The notes beneath the pieces are model-generated. The model did not search any database, had not been told where the DNA came from, and was given only the letters and a program-made list of their open reading frames with translations. The translations under genes were made by a program, and so were the position numbers. A stretch of 64,000 nucleotides of DNA, from NCBI RefSeq assembly GCF_018350175.1, contig NC_058368.1:24492001-24556000 (forward strand). Reading direction: 5' to 3'. Below, piece by piece: positions 1-10,260 of the stretch. The stretch is from Felis catus. Lineage: Eukaryota. Positions within the stretch are counted from its first letter, which is position 1; each line of letters begins with the position of its first letter.

Positions 1-540
1 GCAAACCCACATGTAACAAATACTGGCACATCTTTTTAATAAATTTGTCCTTTCGTTGTCAAATCCATATTCTTATTACATAATCTCTTTTAGGAGGGCT
101 CTGTTTCCAAACTTGGGGAAAATGCAATGGCAGGAGAAAGAAATGATATAATAGCTTATCAATTAAGCTATGTTTAATTCTGGTCTCAACTTACTAATAG
201 CATCATCATGAACAGTTACTGTTAGAATAATGTTCTAATTGGTGTCTGAGTCTGGTATCTTTGTTACTACTCAGAATAAAGACATGATAGGCTCTCGACC
301 CTTTTGATAGTCTCCTCCACAATCTCCAGATTGGAAGGGAAGCTGTAGCACTTTCCTTCCGTAATTTCCTCCTGCAGCCTAACCTCACATGCCAGAAGGA
401 GCTGCATGAAGGGCTGGTGAGAGCTTCTGAAGAGACGCTCTTAGTCCTGCCTGCTGAGAGAAGAGGAAGCATATCTGGTAAAACGGAAATTGCCCTCATT
501 TTAAATTGTATCTGATATCTCCTCTTCAATCCTTGTTTTT

Positions 541-767
541 TATTTTTTTTTTAAATTTTTTTTTCAACGTTTATTTATTTGTGGGACAGAGAGAGACAGA
601 GCATGAACGGGGGAGGGGCAGAGAGAGAGGGAGACACAGAATCGGAAACAGGCTCCAGGCTCCAAGCCATCAGCCCAGAGCCCGACGCGGGGCTCGAACT
701 CCCGGACCGCGAGATCGTGACCTGGCTGAAGTCGGACGCTTAACCGACTGCGCCACCCAGGCGCCCC
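541..767 (-). mobile_element. Young felid CAN-SINE (SINEC_Fc type)
   Basis: Reverse strand reads GGGGCGCCTGGGTGGCGCAGTCGGTTAAGCGTCCGACT..., then a (CT)n region and A-rich tail. TSD ttcaatccttgttttt (525-540) / tttaatccttgttttt (768-783). CpGs retained. Confidence 0.97.
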
Positions 768-866
768 TTTAATCCTTGTTTTTAATGGTGCAGTTCTGGA
801 GGTATTTCTTCCGGAATCCTTTTTCTGAAAGGCCTCAGGCTATTCATTATAAATAAAGTTACAAGA

Positions 867-1073
867 AGGGCACCCAGGTGGCTCAGTCGGTTAAGTGTCC
901 GACTTCGGCCCAGGTCATGATCTCACTATTCTTGGGTTCAAGGCCCATGTCAGGCTCTGTGCTGACAGCTCAGGGCCTGGAGCCTGCTTTGCGTTCTGTG
1001 TCTTCCTCTCTCTGCCCCTCTCCCACTTATGATGTGTCTGTCTCCCAAAGATAAATAAACATCAAAAAATTTT
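867..1073 (+). mobile_element. CAN-SINE
   Basis: tRNA-like head GGGCACCCAGGTGGCTCAGTCGG, CT-rich body, AATAAA tail. TSD aaataaagttacaag / aaataaagtcacaag. Confidence 0.95.
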
Positions 1074-1585
1074 AAATAAAGTCACAAGGTATAAACACTG
1101 GGCATCTGCCATGCCCTAGCCTACATTGCTAGCCACCCAAACAGACCTCCAGGTCTACTTGGTTAGTGAGAATTTACCTAGGCACTGTGCTCCCTATCAT
1201 CCTGGGTCTGTGTTCCAGTTTCTACATCAAGAGGGAAGAAATTTATTACAAACTCTGCATACAGCTCAGACTCTTTCAATGCCTATATAAAAACAGTTGC
1301 CTAGATCAGCATCGTTCAAATTAAAACAGATCTGAAAAACAGGAAAAAAAGTTTTCCTTTCTTATTTTTTTAAGTTCACTACCCATATGATTAATTATCG
1401 ACTTACTTATCAACATATACTAAGTACATGGTTTCTGGAGAAACAAAAACCACACAGACTTACTTTTATTTTTAGTGAGTTTATCATTTGAAAAGTGAGA
1501 TGAGGCAAACCTAGAATAGACTAGAAGGTAAGATGTTCTAATTGAGCTAAAAAAGGAAAAGATACATGTAAAGAGCTAAAATCCA

Positions 1586-1789
1586 GGGATGCCTGGGTAG
1601 CTCAGTCGGTTAGGTGTCTGACTTCAGCTCTTCGTAGCTTGTGAGTTTGAGCCCTGCGTGGGGCTCTGTGCTGACAGCTCAGAGACTGGAACCTGCTTCC
1701 GATTCTGTGTCTCTCTCTCTCTCTGCCCCTCCCCTGCTCACACTCTGTCTCTGTCTCTCCCAAAAATAAAATTTTTTTAATAAATAAAA
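1586..1789 (+). mobile_element. CAN-SINE
   Basis: Head GGGATGCCTGGGTAGCTCAG. Perfect TSD taaagagctaaaatccag on both sides. Confidence 0.95.
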
Positions 1790-1909
1790 TAAAGAGCTAA
1801 AATCCAGTTGGGTAAATCACATCACCATCCGTTGAGCACATCCATCACACACACAACACATCGTATCTGGAGTTTCGTATCTGGTACCTCGTTTAAACCA
1901 TCCCAAAGA

Positions 1910-2153
1910 GGGGCACCGGGGTGGCTCAGTCAGTTGAGCATCTGACTCCTGGTTTGGTTCACGTCATGATCTCACACTTTGTGAGTTCAAGTCTGCCATC
2001 GGGCTTTGGAGCCTGCTTGGCTCAAGCTCCACGATGACAGCTTTGGAGCCTGCTTGGGATCCTCTCTCCCTATCTTCCTGTCCCTTCTCTGCTCCAGCTC
2101 TCTCTTTCTCTCTCTCTCAAAGTAAATTTAAAATTGTTTTAAAAATAAGTAAA
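1910..2153 (+). mobile_element. CAN-SINE (older) with internal 18-bp duplication
   Basis: Head GGGGCACCGGGGTGGCTCAG and degenerate TSD. gctttggagcctgcttgg occurs at 2003-2020 and 2040-2057. Confidence 0.92.
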
Positions 2154-2169
2154 TAAACTATCGCAAGGA

Positions 2170-2290
2170 GCAGTGTTCCCATCATCTGAGGAAACAAGTC
2201 TCAGGAGGCATCAGTGACTTGCCCAAAGTCACTGATGAGACAAGCAATTCTACTCACACCTAAGTATGTCTAACTCTAGGGCCTGACTGA
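2170..2290 (-). mobile_element. MIR fragment
   Basis: tgaggaaac...tcag...agtgacttgcccaaagtcac matches the reverse MIR core. Confidence 0.6.
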
Positions 2291-2647
2291 GTTCCCTGCA
2301 CTCTTTCTCCACAGAATAATGCCAGCAAGACCACGATGTGTCCCTCAGCTAGACTGTTAGGAAGATATGACAATTAATCTTCACTGCATTTTCATTTGTC
2401 CAAAATGCAATCACAAAAGAAAATCAGCATGTTCTGTGCATGGACCCAGGGGGGAAGACAGTTATAAACATGATGTTCAAAAAATAAAGTACTGAAAACA
2501 ATATGTCAGCTAACGGGCTAAATTCTGGAAACAGCTACAGGAAACTTGCTAAGTAGAAATCCTGGCCTAAACTGGTAATTACGCGAAACTTACGTAAGCA
2601 CTGTGTTCACTGCAGAGTTTAGAATGGTTTTCAGAGCCATGACTTAC

Positions 2648-2697
2648 TTTTCCTACTTGTCTCTGAGCATCATTTATTTTTGCAATTAACTTTATTC
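2648..2697 (-). other. Candidate 50-nt spliced exon of an unidentified minus-strand gene
   Basis: Minus strand shows a long pyrimidine tract ...gcaccctttttctgtcttccag| then 50 nt, then ...GGAAAA|gtaagt donor. Confidence 0.35.
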
Positions 2698-2977
2698 CTG
2701 GAAGACAGAAAAAGGGTGCAAAAAAACAGGCACGTGTGCTTTCTCGTGCTTTACTCAGGCTAATGCAGAAGTCACCTTGTGCCTTTGGGCATCCGCAAGC
2801 ACCATGGGAAAACTGTCCAGAAGGGCTGAAGTCAGTCTGGATTATGATGTTTTGACTTTGATAATCCAGAGTAGATAACCCAATTATAAATATGGGTGGG
2901 GGGAATAACATACAAACTTTTTTCAAAATCTCTCCTGTTAGCCAAAAGCAAAGAAATAAAACAAGGTCTGATCCTGC

Positions 2978-3045
2978 AAGAAGAAGGAGGAGGAGAGGAG
3001 GGGGAAGATGGGGAAGGGGAAGGAGGAGGAGGAAGCAAAGAAGCA
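2978..3045. repeat. Purine-rich (GGA/GAA) low-complexity tract
   Basis: aagaagaaggaggaggagaggagggggaagatggggaaggggaaggaggaggagg. Confidence 0.8.
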
Positions 3046-3681
3046 GCAACGGAAGAATGAAATCTAGGACTCTGTTGTAATGAAATCTGTAAGAGGACAG
3101 TCAGTTCGCAGCGTCACACAGTTGTGAACGTCGCTAACTTGGCCTTGGAAAGCACAGAGATATGCCAGAAGGCAGCGGAGCCCAGGCAGGAGCCCGGCGG
3201 TCCCACTGACTATCACAGACAGACTGAGATGGAAGCGATGAAGGTTCTCCAACCCAGGAAAGACAAAACAACAAGGGCTCACAGATACTAGGCAAGTGTT
3301 AAGCAGAAAATTAGAATCTTTCTCTTGCAATGCAACCAAATCCAGCTGGGCAAATGGGTCTGGAGCTATGAAAGGACCCAGTAGGTCTGAGTGGCACTAA
3401 GTAAGCTTTTAGAGGTAGAGAAAAATATAGATGAAGAATGCAATTAATTAATTAAACAATTAATTTTTATTGTTTGTTTTTCTAATTCTGTTATAAATAG
3501 ATAGAGGTGCTACTTCTACAGTGGTAGAGCTTATGGGCTACTTTCCTAAATAAAACATTTGCCTAGTTATTTCTCAGCCTTGTTGGTACACTGTAATCAC
3601 CTGAAATTTTTTTTCAAATCCTGAAGCCTGGGACCCATGGCTATCAATTTTAGGATGTGGCTCTGACATCAGGATACTTTG

Positions 3682-3913
3682 AAAAAAAATTTTTTTTTAT
3701 TTTTTTTTTTCAACGTTTATTTATTTTTGGGACAGAGAGAGAGAGAGCATGAACGGGGGAGGGGCAGAGAGAGAGGGAGACACAGAATCGGAAACAGGCT
3801 CCAGGCTCCGAGCCATCAGCCCAGAGCCCGACGCGGGGCTCGAACTCACGGACCGCGAGATCGTGACCTGGCTGAAGTCGGACGCTTAACCGACTGCGCC
3901 ACCCAGGCGCCCC
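3682..3913 (-). mobile_element. Young felid CAN-SINE (SINEC_Fc type)
   Basis: Near-identical to 541-767. Perfect 18-bp TSD tgacatcaggatactttg at 3664-3681 and 3914-3931. Confidence 0.97.
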
Positions 3914-4329
3914 TGACATCAGGATACTTTGGATGTCCAAGTGACCCCTCTATTCCAGGGGAAATGAAGTTAAGTAGGTGATCCAGCCTCTCAGGTTCCC
4001 TACCTAAGCCACGCCTCTCCAACAGGTGGCACTGAGCTAGGGGCAGACAAGGGGGCCCAGGAGAGGTCTGGTTTGGAGTGCCCACTGCTACCTTACCAGG
4101 AATCTTACTTTGGAAAAGGAAACCTGACTTGATAGAGTTAACTACTGGTCAATTAGATTTTTATTCCCCCAAATTATTCTCCACTAGTATATTGAAAACT
4201 AGTTTGAGTGTTTGATCAGAGCAGCAAAAATCTGACCTGGAAGGGATTTTTATGTATCATGAATTGACTATCATCATAGAAATTTAAGTTTTTCCTCATT
4301 GGTTTCTCACCAGACTCAAGTGAGGCAGG

Positions 4330-4475
4330 TACTGTTACAGCTCTCAGTGATGCGTGGACACTAAGGCTCAGGGAGGCTAGGTAACGTGCCTGACGATACA
4401 GAGCTAGTACGTAACAAGGTAAGAAGTAAACCAGCAGGTATGACATGAAAGCCTTGCTCTGAACTATTACTGATT
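4330..4475 (-). mobile_element. MIR fragment
   Basis: actaaggctcagggaggctaggtaacgtgcc...acagagctagta resembles the reverse MIR core. Confidence 0.65.
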
Positions 4476-4531
4476 CTGCTTCATAGGACTCCAATGCAGG
4501 GAAAGCCAGCTGTTCATATGGGTATCTCTTT

Positions 4532-4745
4532 TCATTTATTTAATTTTTTACATTTATTTATTTTTGAGAGACAGAGAGAGAGCGTGAGCAGGGGAGGGGC
4601 AGAGAGAGGGAGACACAGAATCAGAAGCAGCCTCCAGCCCCGAGCTGTCAGCACAGAGCCCGACGTGGGGCTTGAACCCATGAACCGTGAATCATGACCT
4701 GAGCTGAAGTTGGACCCTTAACTGACTGAACCACCCAGGCGCCCC
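4532..4745 (-). mobile_element. CAN-SINE
   Basis: Ends ccacccaggcgcccc. TSD tgggtatctcttt at 4519-4531 and 4746-4758. Confidence 0.96.
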
Positions 4746-5808
4746 TGGGTATCTCTTTAAAAAAAAAAAAAATTAAGAGATCCATTTCAGATACCTGATC
4801 AGAAGACATTAAAGGACCTCACAACTCTGTACTAAAAGTAAGTGACCTTTGACCAGGTCTCCTAAAAATTCTCTCCAGAAAGAGCATGTGCATCAGTGCC
4901 TTGTTTCCCACCCCGACCTGGACACTGTCCTTCTTTGCTGCAAACGCGCCCTGGGGTCTAGCCCTGCACCGAGGAGCAGGCAACACCCCCGTTCTGTGCA
5001 AACACTCCCGGGCGGCAGACCGGAACCCCAGAACCACGTCCTCCCCACGTCCGCTTCTTAATTGAAGCACTGACATGAAAGCTTGTGCAGCCAGAAATAA
5101 AACAATAAGTTTCGCCCCGGCCAAAACAAGCTCTGCAAATCCCTAAAATAAAGTGGCCAAATGAATAAAAATAAGCAGGGGAGGGTAGAAAAACAGTCGA
5201 TGGAATCTGCTGTGCAGTCAGCACCGTCAGAAGCACGATGTTGTTTTTGTATAAAAAAGGAAAGTGGTGCCTCAGGAGGAACTGGATGAGGCCAGCAGTC
5301 CAGCAACAACATCCTGACTTATCAGCCACAACAGCCATGCGCCAGAAGCGCTGACAGACCAGTACAGCTGGGAACCTCATTTGCTGTGTCTTGCTTTCTG
5401 CTCGGAAGAAAAGGCCTAAGCTTGGAAGTTCAAGTCGTGTCTTGTTCCAGCCAAGACCACACGATGTATTTTTCAAGCTGAACAATAAACATGCCATCAG
5501 GAGGGTTTAAGTTTAGAATATTAGCACTCATCATGATATTTCAATAACTGGGTGAAATGGGTGTCCTTCATACATAAATCTAACCTCCTGACCCGCCAGC
5601 TGAAGCATAGGACCTACTATTTTCCAAAGACTGAGAAGGGATGCTCTGTGCCTGGCCCCTCTACCCTCTTGCTTGGTCACTCCTGGGGCCACAGTGCAGA
5701 GACAGTTCCTTAGGTGGAAGCATGGTCTGGGGCCACCTGCCCTCCCTGGACAACCCATATCCCCTCGCACCTAGGTGGGCAGGGGTCTCTTTAGAAGAAC
5801 CTCAACTA

Positions 5809-6014
5809 GGGGTGCCTGGGTGGCTCAGTCAGTTAAGCATCCGACTCTTGGTTTCGGCTTAGGTCATGATCTCTAGGTTCCTGAGAGCCCCACATCAGGC
5901 TCTGTGCTGACGGTACAGAGCCTGCTTGGGATTCTCTCTCCCTCTCTCTCTCTGCCCCTCTCCTGCTTGTGCTCTCTCTCTCTCTCTTTGAAAATAAATA
6001 AACATTACAAAAAT
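5809..6014 (+). mobile_element. CAN-SINE
   Basis: Head GGGGTGCCTGGGTGGCTCAG. TSD aagaacctcaact / aagaatctcagct. Confidence 0.95.
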
Positions 6015-6394
6015 AAGAATCTCAGCTGTATCTTTCTGTCCCTCCTGAACTTCCTCCCTCTGCTGCACAATCTGGCATTCGACTGCCCCTCACTTCAACT
6101 TTTCTCTCAGCACAGAACCCTACCCTGCCCCATGACGCAGCACCCCCGGGGGTTCCCCCAGGGCACCTGCACATTTGGAAATCCCAGTAGTGAAGCATAA
6201 GCCCCTGGGCTGACGCATCCTTGACTCTAAAGATGAAACCACCTAACGCTTCCAGGGTTAAACGGACATAAGCGGGTACATAAATGTTTTGAGGGAGTCC
6301 ATCAAAATTTCAGGCTACATCTCTAAGAGAGCAACAGGAAAAAAGTCTTATCAAACAGTAGACAGGAGTTAAATAATTCCTCAGTATGAGCCAT

Positions 6395-6640
6395 GAGTCT
6401 TCCCTGGCCACCTGTTTAAAGTTTCCACAGCTCTGCCTTAAGCTCCTTGCTCTCATCTACATTTTCTTCTTTTCTTAGCACTTAGATAAACTCCTAACAC
6501 AACATACCATTTATTCTTGTATTTGGGTTATTAATGTTTGCCCTCCCCTACTAGAATGTTAAGTCCCGTGAGGGTTGGGATTTTGCATTGTTCGCTGGTA
6601 GACAGTAAGAGTGTAATAAATATCTGTTGAATGAATGGAA
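6395..6640 (+). mobile_element. LINE-2 3' end
   Basis: ctagaatgttaag...gtgaggg...aataaatatctgttgaatgaatg matches the L2 3' terminus. Confidence 0.75.
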
Positions 6641-6644
6641 GAAA

Positions 6645-6890
6645 GCAGGCTCTGAGGTCAGACAGCTTGAGTTCAAATCCTGCTCACACCACACTCAGCT
6701 GTGGTGTGAATGGAAATAGTCATTTAACTTCTCTATGCCTCAATTTCTTCACCTGTAATATGAGGGTAATAACAGGACTAGTAGCCCCACTGAATTACTG
6801 GAAGGATTAAATGAGATGTTTGATACCTTTAAAGTCCTTAGAGCAGCGTCTGGCACAGCGTGAAATACTCTAAGAAAAGCCTCTATTGTT
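6645..6890 (+). mobile_element. MIR, near full length
   Basis: ggctctgaggtcagacagcttgagttcaaatcctg...catttaacttctctatgcctcaatttcttcacctgtaa...ggattaaatgagat...tggcacag. Confidence 0.85.
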
Positions 6891-7649
6891 AGGTCAGCTA
6901 ATGCTGGCTTCTGAGTATTTCTAGCAAGAAATACACTGGTTGGGCTGGGAAGGAGCTTAAAAGTCTAAGTGGCAATCATGTATACCACATGCACAAGTGC
7001 CTCATAATAACAAACAACAGATCTTAGATTAAAAAAAAAAGAATTTTTAAAAAATAATGTATTTTGAGTGAAAAATGTGTAAGTTGGTTGGAAGGTTTCC
7101 CTTTCACAGGCTACAGGAGGAAGTAAGAAATAGAAATTACTTTTGGTAAAGGCCAAAAAGCATATGGTGACAGATTAGACACTCGGCACAGTGATTTTAT
7201 TAGCAGGTGATACCTAGTAAGCCCACAAAGTACAAAGAGGTAATTACATGTAGGTGGCCTTTTACTAACAAATACATTACGGAAATGCTGAGACCAAAAA
7301 CTGATTTCTTTATTGTACCTCTCCTATCCAAGGCGCAGCCAAAAAATAAAAAAATAAAAAAATTACAGATTATACGTGTTTAAAAGACCAGCATACATAT
7401 GGGGCTGGGATTGGGAGGGAAGGAGGTAGTTCCTGCCCCGAAGGATAATCATTGCACTTAGCCTCTAAAAGAGCCTTTCTGCTCTTAAACACAATTCTAA
7501 CAAACGCTATTATTAACTGTTCCAGGCCCACAGCATTTTAGAAGCAACAAATAAATAAGGAAAAGAGAAGCAGTGTAAGAAAATACACTTCTAACGAAGA
7601 ACGGTAACAAACACGGTATCAACCGATATTTCAAATTTTAAGTATCTTA

Positions 7650-7847
7650 GGGGAGCCTGCGTGGCTCAGTTAGGCATCTGACTTCAGCTCAGGTCATGAT
7701 CTCACAATTCGTGGTTCGAGCCCTGCACTGGGCTCTGTGCTGACAGCTCAGAGCCTGGAGCCTGTGCCTCTTCTCTCTCTGCCCCTCCCCTATTTGCTCG
7801 CTCTCTCTCTCTCTCTCTCTCAAAAATAAATAAACGTTAAAAAAATT
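7650..7847 (+). mobile_element. CAN-SINE
   Basis: Typical head and (CT)n/AATAAA tail. TSD aaattttaagtatctta / aaattttaattatctta. Confidence 0.95.
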
Positions 7848-8269
7848 AAATTTTAATTATCTTAAATTTAAAAATTAAAATGCAATGTCAGGGCCCCCCT
7901 AAATATTACAGCACAATGTAGTTGTAACACAAGAGCAAAAGTGGAACAACTTTGAATAATCCAGCAACAGTTCACGTATCTGAGGATTATGTTTAAAATG
8001 CTCTGTTGAAGACAGGAGGGAAGTATGTAAGTAATTATTTTAATGTTTTCATGTAAAATCACTGAAAACAAACATTTTGGGGGTTACAGCCCCTCTGTCA
8101 TGACCCATCCCCTGGGGACTCTGTTTAGCTAAGGCTTCACTGCACAAGAAATAATTTCCCATTTGCTTGAAGCCAATTTTGGCTTGGACACATAATAAAA
8201 GCAGCCCATCATTACAGTGGGACGTGCCAATTTGAAGGGGAAATACTAATTTTCTTGTAAAACAGAAAC

Positions 8270-8935
8270 GCTTTAAGTAGCATTATTTGCAATATGCAAA
8301 AGGTAGAAACAACCCAGATGTCCAGCAAAGGATGAACAGATAAGCAAAATAAGGTACATACATACAATGCAATATTATTCAGCCTTAAAAAGGAAGGAAG
8401 TCCTGACACGTGCTACAGTTGCTTAAAACCTGAGGACATTTTGCTAAGTGAAACAAGCCAGTCACAAAACAGACAAATACTGTATGATTCCACTTGTATG
8501 AGGTGCTTGGAGTGGTAAAGCCTAGAGAGACAGAATGGAGAAGGGTCATTGCCAGGGGAGAGGCAGGATGGAGGGCTTAGTGTTTCCTAGGTGCAGAGAA
8601 AAAAAGAGTCCCGTGGATGGATGGTTGCACAACCACGTGAGTGAACCAACTACACACTTAAACAAGGTTAACCTAGTAAATTAAAATATTTTTTTACATT
8701 TATTCATTTTTGAGAGACAGCACAAGTGGGGGAGGGGCAGAGAGAGAAAGAGACACGGAATCCGAAAAAGGCTCCAGGCTCCGAGCTGTCAGCACAGAGC
8801 CCGGTGCGGGGCTCGAACTCACAAACCGCGAGATCATGACCTGAACCAGAGGACGCTTAACCGACTGAGCCACCCCGGAGCCCCTAACCTGGTAAATTTT
8901 ATGCTGTATGTTATTTTTCTCACAATTGGAAAAAG
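8270..8935 (+). mobile_element. Old LINE-1 3' end (L1MB-like), interrupted by a SINE
   Basis: aaacaacccagatgtcca...tattcagccttaaaaaggaag...gctaagtgaaacaagccagtcac...gtaaattttatg resembles the L1 ORF2 end and 3'UTR. Confidence 0.85.
8683..8884 (-). mobile_element. CAN-SINE inserted in L1
   Basis: TSD taacctagtaaatt (8669-8682) / taacctggtaaatt (8885-8898). Confidence 0.95.
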
Positions 8936-9262
8936 TATGAATGTTTTCGAAAACAGTCGCAAAATATAAACATTATCCTGGAAAATGTAAAATTCCCCAC
9001 GATACCAGAAGCCACTAACCCTACAGAGCTGGAAGCCTGAGAGAAGGGGACAGCTTTGAGGAACAACACAGGGACAGTAGCACACGTGCAGCATGAACAG
9101 CGTCCTGCAGCTCTGAGACCAGGCCCCACTACGTTAGCGCTCACCTGACCGCTTTCTCTAGCTCCCCCCATCAATCTGTAAATATGTGCCCTCATTCATC
9201 ACAGCGCCAACCTTAGGTACTTGGTACGTTTGTACCTCAGAAATGCTGGGAAGAAAAACTGA

Positions 9263-9420
9263 GGGCCACCTGGGTGGCTCAGGTCCTGATCCCAAGGCTG
9301 TGGGATCGAGCTCCGAGTTGGGCTCCCCGCTGAGCATGGAGCCTGCTTAGGATTCTCCCTCTGACCCTCTGCCCCTCTCCTCCACTTGCTCGCTCTCTCT
9401 CTCTCTCAGAAAACAAAACC
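9263..9420 (+). mobile_element. CAN-SINE (short, older variant)
   Basis: gggccacctgggtggctcag...gggatcgagctcc...(CT)n, A-rich end. Confidence 0.9.
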
Positions 9421-9422
9421 AT

Positions 9423-9600
9423 GGGGGCGCCGGGGTGGCTTAGTCAGGTGGACATCCGACTTCGGCTAGGGTCATGATCTCGTGTCGCGCTCTGTGCTGA
9501 CCCTCACCGCCTGGAGCCGGCTTCGGATTCTGTCTCCCCGTCTCTCTGCCCCTCCCCTGCTCACGCTCTGTCTCTCGATAATAAATACACGTTAAAAAAT
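9423..9600 (+). mobile_element. CAN-SINE (internally deleted), tandem with the previous one
   Basis: gggggcgccggggtggcttag head. The B-box segment is missing. AATAAA tail. Confidence 0.9.
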
Positions 9601-9949
9601 ATTGTTTTAAAAAGTGAAATGATGCATATAGAGCAGCAATGCATGGAGCTCAACATATGACATGACGGTTAAGAAAGGAAATATAACCAGGACCCAGCTT
9701 CTGCTCTAACAATCTCTCCGAACAGAAAGGAAGAGAGAGGCAGAGCGTCATTAAATTGCAGAGAGGGGTAGGAACAGCAGATCAGCACAGGTCCCCCCAT
9801 GGGCTGCAGAGGAGCCCAAATGAGACACAGCAGCAGCAGCTCTGCTGGGACCCTGGGCACGGAGCAGGGAGGGTGCAGGGCTAGGCCTGAGGCAGGGCAC
9901 ACAGGGCAGCTGCTCAGGGGCTGTGAGGGGAGGGCAAGGACTTGGGTCC

Positions 9950-10260
9950 TCTGGGCTGCCACTGGGAGAACAGAGGCCCCCATGGGCTGCCATTGGGAGG
10001 ACAGAGGCCCCCATGGGCTGCCATTGGGAGGACAGAGGCCTCCATGGGCTGCCATTGGGAGGACAGAGGCCCCCATGGGCTGCCATTGGGAGAACAGAGG
10101 CCCCCATGGGCTGCCATTGGGAGGACAGAGGCCCCCATGGGCTGCCATTGGGAGGACAGAGGCCCCCATGGGCTGCCATTGGGAGGACAGAGGCCCCCAT
10201 GGGCTGCCAGAGGGAGAACAGAGGCCCCCATGGGCTGCCAGAGGGAGAACAGAGGTCCCC
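9950..10260. repeat. Minisatellite, 10 x 31 bp, unit CATGGGCTGCCATTGGGAGGACAGAGGCCCC
   Basis: Units start at 9950, 9981, 10012, 10043, 10074, 10105, 10136, 10167, 10198 and 10229. Head-to-tail with no spacers. Confidence 0.98.

Noticed and set aside
206..529. 107-aa minus ORF and an alternative open frame (..QLLLACEVRLQEEITEGKCYSFPSNLEIVEETIKR..)
   Set aside because: No recognisable homology and no convincing donor site. The length is compatible with chance.
506..772. Recurrent ORFs such as ...ERGRHRIGNRLQAPSHQPRARRG... and ...AQSVKRPTSA... (also 3679, 24044, 42312, 44584, 61705, 61911) as a gene family
   Set aside because: These are translations of CAN-SINE sequence.
867..945. tRNA-like A/B-box sequences as tRNA genes
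   Set aside because: They are the tRNA-derived heads of CAN-SINEs, each followed by a (CT)n body, A-tail and TSD.
2836..2870. 10-bp-stem hairpin tctggattat...ataatccaga (similar short stems near 6685, 10369, 47914 and 56882)
   Set aside because: Too short for a pre-miRNA. A few such stems are expected by chance or lie inside old repeats.
3565..3960. MER5-like fossil flanking the 3682-3913 SINE
   Set aside because: The resemblance is only faint (taatcacctg...cctgggaccc) and too degenerate to call without an alignment.
4958..5497. Longest ORF (179 aa, minus strand)
   Set aside because: Non-ATG start, random-looking composition and no recognisable domain.
9950..10260. 31-bp repeat array as a CRISPR array
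   Set aside because: The units are directly head-to-tail with no unique spacers, there are no cas genes, and the context is mammalian.
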